The position numbers were made by a program, and so were the translations under genes. From Nitrosopumilaceae archaeon (lineage in GTDB: Archaea; Thermoproteota; Nitrososphaeria; Nitrososphaerales; Nitrosopumilaceae), in contig OZ242365.1 of assembly GCA_965208905.1 (NCBI GenBank), positions 576,001 through 640,000 on the forward strand: a stretch of 64,000 nt of DNA, written 5' to 3'. Of this stretch, positions 34,358 through 44,459 are shown in pieces; position 1 is the first letter of the stretch, and every line of letters starts with the position of its first letter. The notes below the pieces were generated by a model. That model searched no databases and was not told the origin of the DNA. It worked only from the letters and a program-made list of their open reading frames with translations.

Positions 34358-34588
34358 ATGAACGAGGCTTATGTGCTACTTAATGTGTCATATAAGAGTC
34401 AGCAAGATGTCATTGAGAGTGCGGAGAAGATTCCAGTGGTAAGATCAGTAAAGTCCGTATATGGGATATGTGATGTTCTAGTCATACTTGAGTCTGATGA
34501 TATGCAAAAGATCAAGGATGCCATTGACAATGATCTTCACGGTATGGATGGCATTACAAATATGACCTCTCTAATATCGGTAAATTGA
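34358..34588 (+). CDS. Lrp/AsnC ligand-binding domain protein
   Basis: AYVLLNV...VYGICDVLVILE...MTSLI. Confidence 0.8.
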   Translation: MNEAYVLLNVSYKSQQDVIESAEKIPVVRSVKSVYGICDVLVILESDDMQKIKDAIDNDLHGMDGITNMTSLISVN

Positions 34589-34594
34589 TCTCTT

Positions 34595-35569
34595 ATGGCG
34601 CGTAAGTATGAGATAGTCATAGTAGGGGCGGGTCCGGCTGGGCTATCGGCGGGAATGTATGTATCTAGACAGAAAGTCTCCTGTATTGTAATATCCAAAG
34701 ATTTGGGAGGTCAGATGAACTTGATTCCAAAACTTGAAAACTATCCCGGGACGATAATGTCTAGTGGGCCCTTACTAGCAAGAACTTTAGAGAACCAATA
34801 CCTGTCGTTTGGAGGGGATATGACATATGATACAGTAAATAATGTGTCTGAAACAGATGAGGGATTAATTATAAAAACCGTTAGGTCCGAGTATGAAGCC
34901 AAGGCTCTCGTGGTGGCTGCAGGTAAGGTACCCAACAACTTAGGGCTTGAGAACGAGTCCACATACCAAAACAAGGGAGTACACTACTGCACAAAGTGTG
35001 ATGCCCCATTCTATCAAGGTAGAACGACTGCGTCAGTGGGTGTGGGAGCATATCTACTTGAATCAGGAATACTATTATCTAGAATGGCAAATCAGGTCTA
35101 TGTCATATATAAGGGGGGACGATTGGGCGGTGATGCGGATCTGATTAAATCGTTAGAAAATAAGGAGAATGTAGAACTTATTCCCAACTCTAGCATAAAG
35201 GCCATAAACGGAAATGGAGCTCTAGAACAGATTACAATATCCGACAAGGGAGGAAATGAAAAAACCATTCAGATAGATGGTCTCTTTATAGAGATGGGCT
35301 CGAAGATTAACTTGGGTTTTGTCAAGCATTTAGTAGAGTTGAATCCCAAAGGTGAGATCAAAGTCAACAACGGCGGAAAGACATCACATCCAGCAATATT
35401 CGCAGCAGGAGATGCAACTGATATACCATATAAGCAGATTGTAGCTGCATGTGGCGATGGTGCCGCTGCAGGCCTCTCGGCCTTCAACTATGTTGAAAAG
35501 TTAAGAGGTAGGCCTGGCGTGCGAGCCGATTGGAAGAAGCAGATAGGGGACACTGTATTTCATTATTAA
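34595..35569 (+). CDS. trxB: thioredoxin reductase
   Basis: GAGPAG, CTKCD redox motif, IFAAGD. Confidence 0.9.
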   Translation: MARKYEIVIVGAGPAGLSAGMYVSRQKVSCIVISKDLGGQMNLIPKLENYPGTIMSSGPLLARTLENQYLSFGGDMTYDTVNNVSETDEGLIIKTVRSEYEAKALVVAAGKVPNNLGLENESTYQNKGVHYCTKCDAPFYQGRTTASVGVGAYLLESGILLSRMANQVYVIYKGGRLGGDADLIKSLENKENVELIPNSSIKAINGNGALEQITISDKGGNEKTIQIDGLFIEMGSKINLGFVKHLVELNPKGEIKVNNGGKTSHPAIFAAGDATDIPYKQIVAACGDGAAAGLSAFNYVEKLRGRPGVRADWKKQIGDTVFHY

Positions 35570-35656
35570 GATGTATAATTTGAAACAGGTACATTGAGTA
35601 TAATCAAGAGTTGTAGTACAGATGCATATTTCTCAATTTAAATTACATCATAATTC

Positions 35657-36499
35657 ATGCATATTATGAACGAGTTAAAAGTTCTGCAAGATGCTACGGC
35701 TCTCATATACCAGAGCGTAAAGGATTTGGCGGGTACCAAAAGTGCTCAGGAAAGTTTTGGCATGGGGGCAGGTGGCGACATTAGTAAAAAGATAGACATT
35801 GTTGCTGAGAATGTGGTTTTAGACTACCTTCGAAGTATAGACTTTCCATGCATAGTGCTGGGAGAGGAGTGTGGCCGTGTACAAATATCAGATGATCCCC
35901 AAGGATACATCATAATGGATGCTATAGATGGTACCACAAATGCAGTTCGAGGCTTTCCTTTTTACTGCTCATCTCTAGCCTTTGCCAAAGAGTATACGCT
36001 AAGTAGCGTGTCTGCAGGAGTAATCATGGATTTGTATAGCAGAAAAATGTATTGGGCATCAAAAAACAGGGGTGCTTTTGTAGATAAAAGTCGAATGTAT
36101 GTAAGTCGTGGAGACTTAAACGCTGATATAATAGGGATTAATATTTCAGGAGCAACTGTAGATGTTATAGAAAAAGTGCAGTCACTCATGCCTGTAGGTC
36201 ACATACGACATATGGGCGCCAATGCATTAGAGATGGCAATCTTCTCTCAGGGGTTGATGGATGCATTCATAGATTTAAGAAAAAAGATACGAGTTCAAGA
36301 TATAGCGGCAGGTTATCTAATGGTGCGTGAGTCTGGTGGGCTTCTATTGGATGAAAATTTTAAATTTTTAGATGGTGACTTGGGATATGACACTCGATTA
36401 TCATTTATAGCAGCGGCAGATGTGGATATAGCCAACAGCATTGCAGAAAAGATTGGTATGGCGCCCTTGGCGGGATTTGAACACGCGTCTCAGCCGTGA
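35657..36499 (+). CDS. inositol monophosphatase / FBPase family
   Basis: GEECG, DAIDGTTN, DIAAG; 3' end overlaps the antisense tRNA-Asp. Confidence 0.9.
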   Translation: MHIMNELKVLQDATALIYQSVKDLAGTKSAQESFGMGAGGDISKKIDIVAENVVLDYLRSIDFPCIVLGEECGRVQISDDPQGYIIMDAIDGTTNAVRGFPFYCSSLAFAKEYTLSSVSAGVIMDLYSRKMYWASKNRGAFVDKSRMYVSRGDLNADIIGINISGATVDVIEKVQSLMPVGHIRHMGANALEMAIFSQGLMDAFIDLRKKIRVQDIAAGYLMVRESGGLLLDENFKFLDGDLGYDTRLSFIAAADVDIANSIAEKIGMAPLAGFEHASQP

Positions 36500-36536
36500 C
36501 AGGGCCGAATTCTAGACCGGGCTATACTACAAGGGC
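36459..36536 (-). tRNA. tRNA-Asp(GTC), CCA encoded
   Basis: cloverleaf with GCCCTTG/CAAGGGC acceptor stem and anticodon loop CT GTC AC; one U-C mismatch in the T stem. Confidence 0.9.
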
Positions 36537-37017
36537 TTAACTGCATTTACAGAATCATAATTAAAAATCTTGCGAGTTGTATAGTGTTGTCCATGACTAT
36601 ACACACAATCATGCAGTGCTCTACCTGATTTTAGGAAGTATATACCAAAGTAGCATACATGACGCATGCATGTCCCCAGATGCTTCCTTATACTTGATAA
36701 CTCAGATGCTTGTCACTTGTGACACCACATGGCATCTGGAGACATATACGCCAATACTCAGCCGATCTGCAAAAGGCATAAAACAGAGAAGAGGTAAAAA
36801 TGCATAATGGCGCGACGGCGTAATAAACCAAAACAAGTCGAATACAAGCATAGCGCCGAGCATATAACAAAGAAGCCAAAGCCAAAAAGACATCAGGGCG
36901 CGTACTGGTCAGAGTCTGGATACGAACTTTGACTTAGTAGGTATACTCCAAGCATATGAAAAAAGCTCAGTGCCCTCACAGACACATGATCATAGTGTGG
37001 TTCTAGGATTATGTGCC

Positions 37018-38490
37018 CTATACGGCAGTCACTCTGGACAAAGACAAGTACGGTTCATACTGCAAGCACGGGGGTTCCCGCATCCACAATACATCACACG
37101 TCACTCCAGAGGACGACGGTGCATGATACATCTCGTTCCCCGGTCTGTGCTTGACGTTTCTCAGGGGAGCTAATGCGAGAACCCTCCACGTCCAGACACC
37201 CCTTGTACAATGGGTGTTGCCGGTATGGTCCGGCAAGTTTCGTAAGTTTAGTTGGCCATGCCTAACCCCCAGGCCGAGTTTCTTCAGCCCCGCATCCTCT
37301 ATGTTTGAGCCTACATTACAGTCGGCATGATACGTGTGGCCACATTTTTTACACAAGAACTTTCTACCATCCCGGTTATCCTTATGTGTATAACCGCACG
37401 AGTAGCACCGTTGGCTCGTATACGCTGCCGCAACCCAAATTATCTCGCCAGCCAACTTGTACGCCAACAGTAATGCCAACAGCCCCCAGCACTGCTCCAG
37501 GATGGCCTTATTGAGACCAGATTTCTGCGCAACGTTTTTGCCGGGTTTTTCTTTGGTACCTTTGGCAGATTTTGCCATGTTTTGTGTAGGAAGTTTCTCA
37601 AAGGCTGCATGTGTGGTGCTGTTCGATATAACGCGCGATATTTTATGCGCGGTGGTCTTTCGAATGTTTGCAGCTTTGCGTTTGTTCTTGGCTGCACGTT
37701 TGCTGGCTTTGGCCCACCGTCGAGAACCAGGTTTACGATTCGCATAGTCGGGTTTATGCCTGCGTGACGCTATCTTTTGTGCCTTAGAGGCTGTTTTTTC
37801 GGCGTTGTTTATGCGGCGTGCCACCTTTTCGGGTATTATTATTACACAGTCAGGTGTGGCCACATTACCAACATTCTGGTCTATACCAATAACAGTCGGT
37901 TCCGTCACGGTTGGCTTCTCATCGGGTATATCACAGGATATGGTAATCCTCCACCCGCCATCCGGTAGTTGAAACAGTTGGGCCGTCTTGTATCGGTAAT
38001 TCAAGACGGGAAACTCCCGCGACAGTTTAGCCTCGCCCATCTTGGCTATCTTGATTGTACGTGTATCGGTGAAGCGCGCTTGGCCGACGGTACCATCATG
38101 TGTTATCGTCAACGGGATGGAGATGTGACCTCCATATTTCTTAAAGTGCGGTTCACCAAACTCTGCCTTGGGTTTGATGTTGACGGCCTTCAGCTTCTCT
38201 GTTTCCACATATTGGTCATAATGCCTGCCCAAGTCATGTAATATTTGGCGCGTCACCCCGGATATGGATTGACGCATCCAACGCGGACCCGAATGGTTGC
38301 GCAAGTCCGTATACCACGCGTTTATCCTACCACGCGTAGTGTTGACCCTCCCAGCTCGACGGTACTCCTCCTTGAAGGTTTCCAATAGTTTGTTATGCAC
38401 GTACCTGTCCATGCCGGCCTGTCTGGCCAACATCTCCTTCTTGAACCCTTTACGGAATCCAACGCCGAATGTGTATGTGCGTAGTACCAT
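37018..38490 (-). CDS. tnpB: TnpB RNA-guided endonuclease
   Basis: RuvC D (GIDQN), E (FEKL) and D (HADCN); CYSC/CKKC zinc finger; ORF reads through the element end. Confidence 0.92.
   Translation of the reverse strand: MVLRTYTFGVGFRKGFKKEMLARQAGMDRYVHNKLLETFKEEYRRAGRVNTTRGRINAWYTDLRNHSGPRWMRQSISGVTRQILHDLGRHYDQYVETEKLKAVNIKPKAEFGEPHFKKYGGHISIPLTITHDGTVGQARFTDTRTIKIAKMGEAKLSREFPVLNYRYKTAQLFQLPDGGWRITISCDIPDEKPTVTEPTVIGIDQNVGNVATPDCVIIIPEKVARRINNAEKTASKAQKIASRRHKPDYANRKPGSRRWAKASKRAAKNKRKAANIRKTTAHKISRVISNSTTHAAFEKLPTQNMAKSAKGTKEKPGKNVAQKSGLNKAILEQCWGLLALLLAYKLAGEIIWVAAAYTSQRCYSCGYTHKDNRDGRKFLCKKCGHTYHADCNVGSNIEDAGLKKLGLGVRHGQLNLRNLPDHTGNTHCTRGVWTWRVLALAPLRNVKHRPGNEMYHAPSSSGVTCDVLWMREPPCLQYEPYLSLSRVTAV
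37052..37250 (-). ncRNA. putative omegaRNA/reRNA scaffold
   Basis: overlaps the tnpB 3' end; stems ACACCC/GGGTGT and GACGT...ACGTC; boundaries approximate. Confidence 0.5.
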
Positions 38491-38511
38491 TAGCGTACAG
38501 TACGGTTTACA

Positions 38512-38522
38512 TGTTTAAAAAG
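38512..38522 (-). promoter_or_regulatory. TATA box of the tnpB promoter
   Basis: TTTTTAAA about 25-30 nt upstream of the ATG, inside the element. Confidence 0.5.
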
Positions 38523-38609
38523 ATAGTTGAGGTGTGATATATGGCACCCGTCCTTACGGGAGGAACCACAAGTACCAATAGATAAATTTGTCTATGTAGT
38601 AAATTATTT

Positions 38610-38694
38610 GCGGGGGTTGCCAAGCCTGGTCAAAGGCGCAGGGCTTAGGACCCTGTCTTTCAGGAGTTCGCGGGTTCGAATCCCGCCTCCCGCA
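38610..38694 (+). tRNA. tRNA-Leu(TAG)
   Basis: cloverleaf with long variable arm; CAGGG CT TAG GA CCCTG. Confidence 0.95.
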
Positions 38695-38730
38695 TAATCA
38701 CATATATAATTAATAATAAGTCAGCATCCA

Positions 38731-39585
38731 ATGATGGACATGAGTAAAGCAATGGTCGGAATTACTGTAGTTAGTAAAGACCGTAAAGGAATTGTTGCCA
38801 CCATCACCAACTTTGTCTTTACAAGGGGTGGCAACATAGAGAACATAAATCAGAATGTAATTCAGGGGCTCTTTGGCATGTATGTTGAAGCATCGTTCCA
38901 AGACTTGGATATAGACTCTTTTGATGCAGAGTTGCACCAGGTAGCCGTCGAAGAAGAGTTGGACGTGAACATATATCATACTGCCAGCACGCAAAAGAAT
39001 ATAGCCGTATTGGTAACAAAAGAGAGACACTGTCTAGATGCAATACTAGACGCCGTAGCCACTGATAGTTTACATGGCAAGATAGCCATAGTAGTAGGCA
39101 CCGAAGGCACCCTGCAGTCACACGCTGAAAAAGCAGGCATACCCTTTGTTGTCATTCCAGAGAGAAACCAAGAGAAGGCCGAGTCTCAAATACTGGCTCT
39201 ATGCAAGCAGTACAAGATAGACCTTATAGTGCTAGCCCGATACATGCGCATACTCACACCCAACTTTGTCTGGAGATACCCTCGACGTATAATCAATATA
39301 CACCCATCCTTGTTGCCTGCATTTCCTGGCGCATATGCATATCAGCAGGCCTTTGAAAGGGGTACCAAAATAGTAGGAGTTACTTCGCATTATGTTACGG
39401 AAAATCTGGATCAAGGGCCCATCATACTACAGGAATCTTTCCATGTGGATCCCGCCGACACACTAGACTCCATAAAAGCAAGGGGGCAAAGATTGGAGGC
39501 TCAAACACTAACAAACGCTGTAAAGCTACATTTGAACAATAGTCTGGAGGTCTATTGGAGAAAAGTTCACATCAAAGAGGAGTAA
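38731..39585 (+). CDS. purU: formyltetrahydrofolate deformylase
   Basis: N-terminal ACT domain, LARYMRIL, INIHPSLLPAFPG, LDQGPII. Confidence 0.92.
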   Translation: MMDMSKAMVGITVVSKDRKGIVATITNFVFTRGGNIENINQNVIQGLFGMYVEASFQDLDIDSFDAELHQVAVEEELDVNIYHTASTQKNIAVLVTKERHCLDAILDAVATDSLHGKIAIVVGTEGTLQSHAEKAGIPFVVIPERNQEKAESQILALCKQYKIDLIVLARYMRILTPNFVWRYPRRIINIHPSLLPAFPGAYAYQQAFERGTKIVGVTSHYVTENLDQGPIILQESFHVDPADTLDSIKARGQRLEAQTLTNAVKLHLNNSLEVYWRKVHIKEE

Positions 39586-39589
39586 AATC

Positions 39590-40303
39590 TTGAGGATAGA
39601 TACTCAAACTGACCCGGTCTTAAGACAACAAGAAGAGTCTTGCGCCATAGTTCCTGTTGGATCAATAGAGCAGCATGGGCCGCATCTTCCGGTATCCACT
39701 GATTCAGACCTAGTGACTGCGGTAGCAGAGAGGGTAGGTTCAGGAGATAATTTTTTGGTGACGCCCACCATTACGACTGGTGTCTCCTTTGAACATGCTC
39801 CCTTCTTTAATATCAGCATTAGAGCATCCACTCTGAGTTTGATTCTACAAGACGTATGCGACTCGTTATACTCAAACGGAATAAAATATGTATTTGTAAT
39901 AAATGGCCACTATGGAAACAAAAAAGCATTAGAAGGATTTGTCAAAGAAAGGCAGAGCAATAAGCCTGTTGTACGTGTTTTTTCGTATTGGGAGTTTACA
40001 GGGAGGCGTTTTGATCATGCAGGGTTCATGGAGACATCCTTGATGCTAGCAGTGTCAGACAGGGTCATAATGAGTAAGGCCCAAAAGGGTTTGGACACCA
40101 GCAATATGACAGATGAAGAGATAACAGACATCAAAAAGATCTCCTTAGAATCATTCCCAAAGGCCACAGGAAATGGGATTTGGGGGGATCCACGTCAGGC
40201 AACTGCAGATGAAGGAAGAAGTATTCTAAACGAAATAGTCCAGAATATGCAGCAAGAACTTCAGAGTCAAATGCACAACTTCAAAAACAATCCACAGTGT
40301 TAA
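39590..40303 (+). CDS. creatininase-family protein
   Basis: PVGSIEQHGPHLP, NGHYGN, DHAGFMETS. Confidence 0.9.
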   Translation: MRIDTQTDPVLRQQEESCAIVPVGSIEQHGPHLPVSTDSDLVTAVAERVGSGDNFLVTPTITTGVSFEHAPFFNISIRASTLSLILQDVCDSLYSNGIKYVFVINGHYGNKKALEGFVKERQSNKPVVRVFSYWEFTGRRFDHAGFMETSLMLAVSDRVIMSKAQKGLDTSNMTDEEITDIKKISLESFPKATGNGIWGDPRQATADEGRSILNEIVQNMQQELQSQMHNFKNNPQC

Positions 40304-40417
40304 AGATGGCAAGCGTGGCTGTACAAAGGCGATACGTTCTGGTTTAATTAGTATATTTTGTGAAATACAGTACAGGTAATGAAATTTTTATATAGTGTAG
40401 ATGATCGTTGATAACTA

Positions 40418-40651
40418 ATGTCTGTTGATATGGCTGTAAAGGTATTGGATGAGAGCATAAATGAAGTTGTCTTGATCAAGCTAAAGGGTAACAAGACCAT
40501 TAGGGGAACATTACTGGGATTTGATCAGCATATGAACCTCATGTTAGATGGTTCCGAAGAGGTAAGTGCTGATGGAGGTTCAAACAATCTAGGAAAGATA
40601 GTAGTTCGAGGTGACAACGTAATAATGATATCGCCTCCACCATCAAGCTAG
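40418..40651 (+). CDS. Sm-like (LSm) protein
   Basis: GFDQHMNL and VVRGDNV Sm motifs. Confidence 0.95.
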   Translation: MSVDMAVKVLDESINEVVLIKLKGNKTIRGTLLGFDQHMNLMLDGSEEVSADGGSNNLGKIVVRGDNVIMISPPPSS

Positions 40652-40661
40652 GTGAAAAATT

Positions 40662-40829
40662 ATGGTAAAAGGTACAACTTCCATGGGTAAGCTAACCCGT
40701 AAGCCCACTCACATTAGATGTAGAAGATGTGGTAAAAATGCATTCCATAAGAGACACAAACGTTGTGCCAGTTGTGGTCACCCTGATCCAAAAATAAGAA
40801 AATATTCCTGGATTAAATGGTACACCTAG
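40662..40829 (+). CDS. rpl37e: 50S ribosomal protein L37e (absent from the ORF track)
   Basis: [10 protein letters not shown]...HIRCRRCG...CASCG...RKYSW. Confidence 0.95.
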   Translation: MVKGTTSMGKLTRKPTHIRCRRCGKNAFHKRHKRCASCGHPDPKIRKYSWIKWYT

Positions 40830-41957
40830 ATGCAAGAGGCCATACTAATTCTCTGCGCAGTGGCGGGCATAATGACGGCCACCTTACTAAGACGTGGTAA
40901 GGTAGACACAGAAGCATCGATACTTGAATTAAGTATCAAAAAACTGGAGACCGACACAAGTTATGCAGCTGAAAAAGATGTGTTGTTACCCATATACAAC
41001 AATAAATTAAAGAACTTAAAGTCTAATTCAACTAAGGAGTCGCATGTAATCCAAACTACAGAACAGACAACTGACAGTGTCAGTAGTGTAAAACAAGATG
41101 TAAAGTCAGATAGAATAGGTGCAACATCTACATCCAAATCTGATATACAAGATAAATTAGATAATGTTACAAAGATAGCACCCACGGCCAAGACTGATGT
41201 TGGGTCTAAACCGGATACAACTAAGACGGTTGGTATAGATACCACATCTGAGCTGCAACAGAAATCCAAATCAGATATTCATGCCAAGCCAAGTGTTGCC
41301 ACACCAAGAGTATTACCCGCAGATGACTCTGGTAAAAAATCTAAACCGGATACAGGTGAAGTTGTTGGTGCAGATACTACACCTACGTCTAAACGAAAAT
41401 CAGCAAAACCCGAACGTAAATTAAAGATACAAAGTGAGGGGGTTGTTACTGATACTACACCTACGTCTAAACGAAAATCAGCAAAACCCGAACGTAAATT
41501 AAAGATACAAAGTGAGGGGGTTGTTACTGATACGACACCTACGTCTAAACGAAAATCAGCAAAACCCGAACGTAAATTAAAGATACAAAGTGAGGGGGTT
41601 GTTGCGCAAGAGTCAGGTGACGCAACAGGACTGAATGTTGAGCCGCAATCAACACTATCCACGAAAGGTACTGTTGCGCAAGATCTACCAACCATAATAA
41701 ATGTGGAATCCGAGGCGGATACTTCTGATGTTGAATTAAAAAATACACCAAAAATGGATGTAACACTTCAGACCAGCCCAGCAGAACCAGACACAAAGAG
41801 TGTCAACAAAACTCCAGATGAAGCAAAGAGTATAGTGAAGCCATCTAAAAATATTGAGTCAGTAATTGATGATGATATAGACGAGGAGGAGTTAGAAAAA
41901 ATTAAAAATAGTGTTAAAGAAGCTCTTGCCAAGCTTGAACGCGCAGAGAGTGAATAA
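40830..41957 (+). CDS. membrane-anchored low-complexity hypothetical protein
   Basis: N-terminal hydrophobic anchor; conserved-looking C-terminus ALAKLERAESE. Confidence 0.7.
   Translation: MQEAILILCAVAGIMTATLLRRGKVDTEASILELSIKKLETDTSYAAEKDVLLPIYNNKLKNLKSNSTKESHVIQTTEQTTDSVSSVKQDVKSDRIGATSTSKSDIQDKLDNVTKIAPTAKTDVGSKPDTTKTVGIDTTSELQQKSKSDIHAKPSVATPRVLPADDSGKKSKPDTGEVVGADTTPTSKRKSAKPERKLKIQSEGVVTDTTPTSKRKSAKPERKLKIQSEGVVTDTTPTSKRKSAKPERKLKIQSEGVVAQESGDATGLNVEPQSTLSTKGTVAQDLPTIINVESEADTSDVELKNTPKMDVTLQTSPAEPDTKSVNKTPDEAKSIVKPSKNIESVIDDDIDEEELEKIKNSVKEALAKLERAESE
41373..41603 (+). repeat. 3 x 78-bp coding tandem repeat
   Basis: DTTPTSKRKSAKPERKLKIQSEGVV(T) x3. Confidence 0.9.
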
Positions 41958-42640
41958 TGTCTGAAAATAAAATCATGAATGTAGTTGCCAAGGATGCATT
42001 AAAGTATGTCCAAGACGGAATGGTGCTAGGGTTAGGTAGTGGTAGAGCCGCTGCAATACTGGTAAGAAATCTTGGAGAAAAAATATCAAAAGAGAATATA
42101 TGCATACAAGGAGTCCCTACATCACTACAGATTAAATTAATTGCAGAGGAGGTAGGAATAAAGATGATAGAGCCTGGTGAAATATCAAAGATAGATATAG
42201 TTTTTGATGGGGCAGATCAAATTGATGAATCTAAATATTATTTGGTAAAAGGAGGGGGCGGAGCTCTACTTCGGGAGAATATACTTGCAAATATGGCCGA
42301 ACAAGTTATAATTATGGCCGATGACACAAAGTTTGTAAAAGATATACATGGTCCCATACCAATAGAGATACACTCCGCTGCCAGAAATTTTGTAATAAAT
42401 CATATAAAAAAGAATAATGGTATACCACAGATTCGTAAACAAGAACGCGGCTATCCCATATTCACTGAAAACGGTAACATCATACTGGATTGTGACTTTG
42501 GGGTTATACAGGAGCCATTGGATTTATCTGCTGATCTTAGACAGGTGCCTGGTATACTAGAAGTAGGTATTTTTAATAAACCAGATATAATCTACAATGT
42601 AAGCAAAAATAAATTTTCAAAAATATTAATTAAAAAATAA
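41957..42640 (+). CDS. rpiA: ribose-5-phosphate isomerase A
   Basis: GLGSG, DGADQID, KGGGGALLRE. Confidence 0.95.
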   Translation: MSENKIMNVVAKDALKYVQDGMVLGLGSGRAAAILVRNLGEKISKENICIQGVPTSLQIKLIAEEVGIKMIEPGEISKIDIVFDGADQIDESKYYLVKGGGGALLRENILANMAEQVIIMADDTKFVKDIHGPIPIEIHSAARNFVINHIKKNNGIPQIRKQERGYPIFTENGNIILDCDFGVIQEPLDLSADLRQVPGILEVGIFNKPDIIYNVSKNKFSKILIKK

Positions 42641-42659
42641 TTTTAAAGAAAAATAAATA

Positions 42660-44066
42660 CTAATCAAGGGATATTTGAGAATTAACACTGCGGGGCACAG
42701 ATTCACCATATCCAGGCTTTTCAATTACAGTAAAGTCTTCGGCAACAACATTACCGCGTACAATAGTCTTGACTGGCCATCCACGTAGCATCATTCCTTC
42801 ATATACAATATAATCAGAAAATCCACCAAAGAGATCTGATGTAACTTTTTGTTCATGTTTCATGTTTAGCATGGCAATATCAGCATCATGACCGCATTCT
42901 AGGGAACCTTTTTGTGGATACATTGAAAAAATTTTAGCTGGATTTTCGCTAGTAAGTTTCGTAAATTGGTGTAAAGAGATACGGTGACGATTCACCCCCT
43001 CACTAAGCAATATTGGAATGGAAATTCCAATGCCTGGAAATCCAGCCAGGGACTCCCATACATCAGCACCAACCTTAAGGGATAGTCTGTTGGCAACATG
43101 ATCTGTTCCCACAGTGTCAATCTCCTCATTATGCATGGCATTCCAAACAGCTTGATTGTCTGTAGTTGATCGTATAGGTGGCATCACCTTTGCTAAATAA
43201 TCATCACGGTTCTCGTATGAAAGTATCATGTAGTGGGGACAAGTTTCGACATATATCTTGGTCCCTAAATTACGTTCAACGCGTATCTGCTCAAGTGCAA
43301 TTTTTGATCCTATATGGACAAAATATATTGTACAATTGTATTGGCGCGCATATTCACAGATAGTTTTAATGGCTTTTGCCTCGTATTTTGGATCTCGACT
43401 CTTAGACCATGCACTTAAACTATCTTGTTGCTTCTCTTTGGCAGTTTTCATGCCAGATGCACATGACTCATAATCCTCAGCATGAACCAATACAGGGCAC
43501 TGTAATGATGCAGCAGTCTTGACTATCTTCTCAATTATATCGTTAGTCACATCGACTTTGGCTTCTTGTAATTTGAAGGTGTTTGGCGGTAAATCCATGT
43601 ATACATGTCCAACTTCACCAGCTAAATTCATGTAAATTTTAAAGGATGTGATTCCGTTTGCAACGCAATAACTCATTTCATGAACTTGTTGTTCAGTAAA
43701 TATGGAAGCATGTATTGTATAGTCAATATAGTGTGATGATGATGCGGCATCAAGTTGAGGTGGTAAATCTGTACTAAATTTACCTTGTAGTCGTAACATT
43801 CTCATCATTGTAGTTACTCCCCCAATGGCAGCTGCATGAGATTCGGTTACCGCAGCTTCTTCAATGGGAGAGTAGACTCCATAGTGGACATGAGGATCAA
43901 TTGGACCAGGTACAGAGACAAGACCAGCACCATTTATCTTACAATCACAAGAAGGAACATCGGTAGTAAACTTTACAACTTTGCCATCATCAATTATTAT
44001 GTTCTTGTCAATTATTCCATGTGGTAAAACAACGTGTGAATCCACCACAACCGTATCAAACGTCAT
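42660..44066 (-). CDS. dihydroorotase/allantoinase-like amidohydrolase
   Basis: IDPHVH, SFKIYM, VHAED, ETCPHY, GTDH. Confidence 0.85.
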   Translation of the reverse strand: MTFDTVVVDSHVVLPHGIIDKNIIIDDGKVVKFTTDVPSCDCKINGAGLVSVPGPIDPHVHYGVYSPIEEAAVTESHAAAIGGVTTMMRMLRLQGKFSTDLPPQLDAASSSHYIDYTIHASIFTEQQVHEMSYCVANGITSFKIYMNLAGEVGHVYMDLPPNTFKLQEAKVDVTNDIIEKIVKTAASLQCPVLVHAEDYESCASGMKTAKEKQQDSLSAWSKSRDPKYEAKAIKTICEYARQYNCTIYFVHIGSKIALEQIRVERNLGTKIYVETCPHYMILSYENRDDYLAKVMPPIRSTTDNQAVWNAMHNEEIDTVGTDHVANRLSLKVGADVWESLAGFPGIGISIPILLSEGVNRHRISLHQFTKLTSENPAKIFSMYPQKGSLECGHDADIAMLNMKHEQKVTSDLFGGFSDYIVYEGMMLRGWPVKTIVRGNVVAEDFTVIEKPGYGESVPRSVNSQISLD

Positions 44067-44176
44067 GATATAATGTGAAACATCTACTACATGTATTGTT
44101 TTTGATTAAAAACTGTTTAAAAACAAATATTTCATAGTCAGATGGTTTAAATCAAATACTCGAAAGTGTACATCAC

Positions 44177-44248
44177 GGGCCGGTGGTTTAGGGGTATAAC
44201 GCCACGTTCGCAACGTGGATGTCGGGGGTTCAAATCCCCCCCGGTCCA
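44177..44248 (+). tRNA. tRNA-Ala(CGC)
   Basis: CCACG TT CGC AA CGTGG anticodon arm; G3:U70 identity pair. Confidence 0.95.
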
Positions 44249-44459
44249 TTATCAAGTGAGTTCCGCTGCATTAATGTGTGGTGCCAATGATCCACGGAGC
44301 CGGTACCCGCGCGTTCCCGCACCGAACTCCGCTGCCCAACTGCCCATCCTGGCGGCCTGGTCATGCTACAAGCCCGCGCAGGGGTCCGGGTTGGCACCAC
44401 GATCGGAATCGTTGCATGGTACGTGGGCCGCAACGTACCAGTCTCCGACCCGTGCCGCA

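Larger units (their letters stand above)
37052..38567 (-). mobile_element. non-autonomous tnpB element with 23-bp TIRs and an 8-bp TSD
   Basis: ACAAGTAC at 37044-37051 and 38568-38575; TIRs GGTTCATACTGCAAGCACGGGGG and rc GGTTCCTCCCGTAAGGACGGGTG (17/23). Confidence 0.85.

Noticed and set aside
37018-38490. Calling the TnpB a Cas12f
   Set aside because: No adjacent CRISPR array or cas genes.
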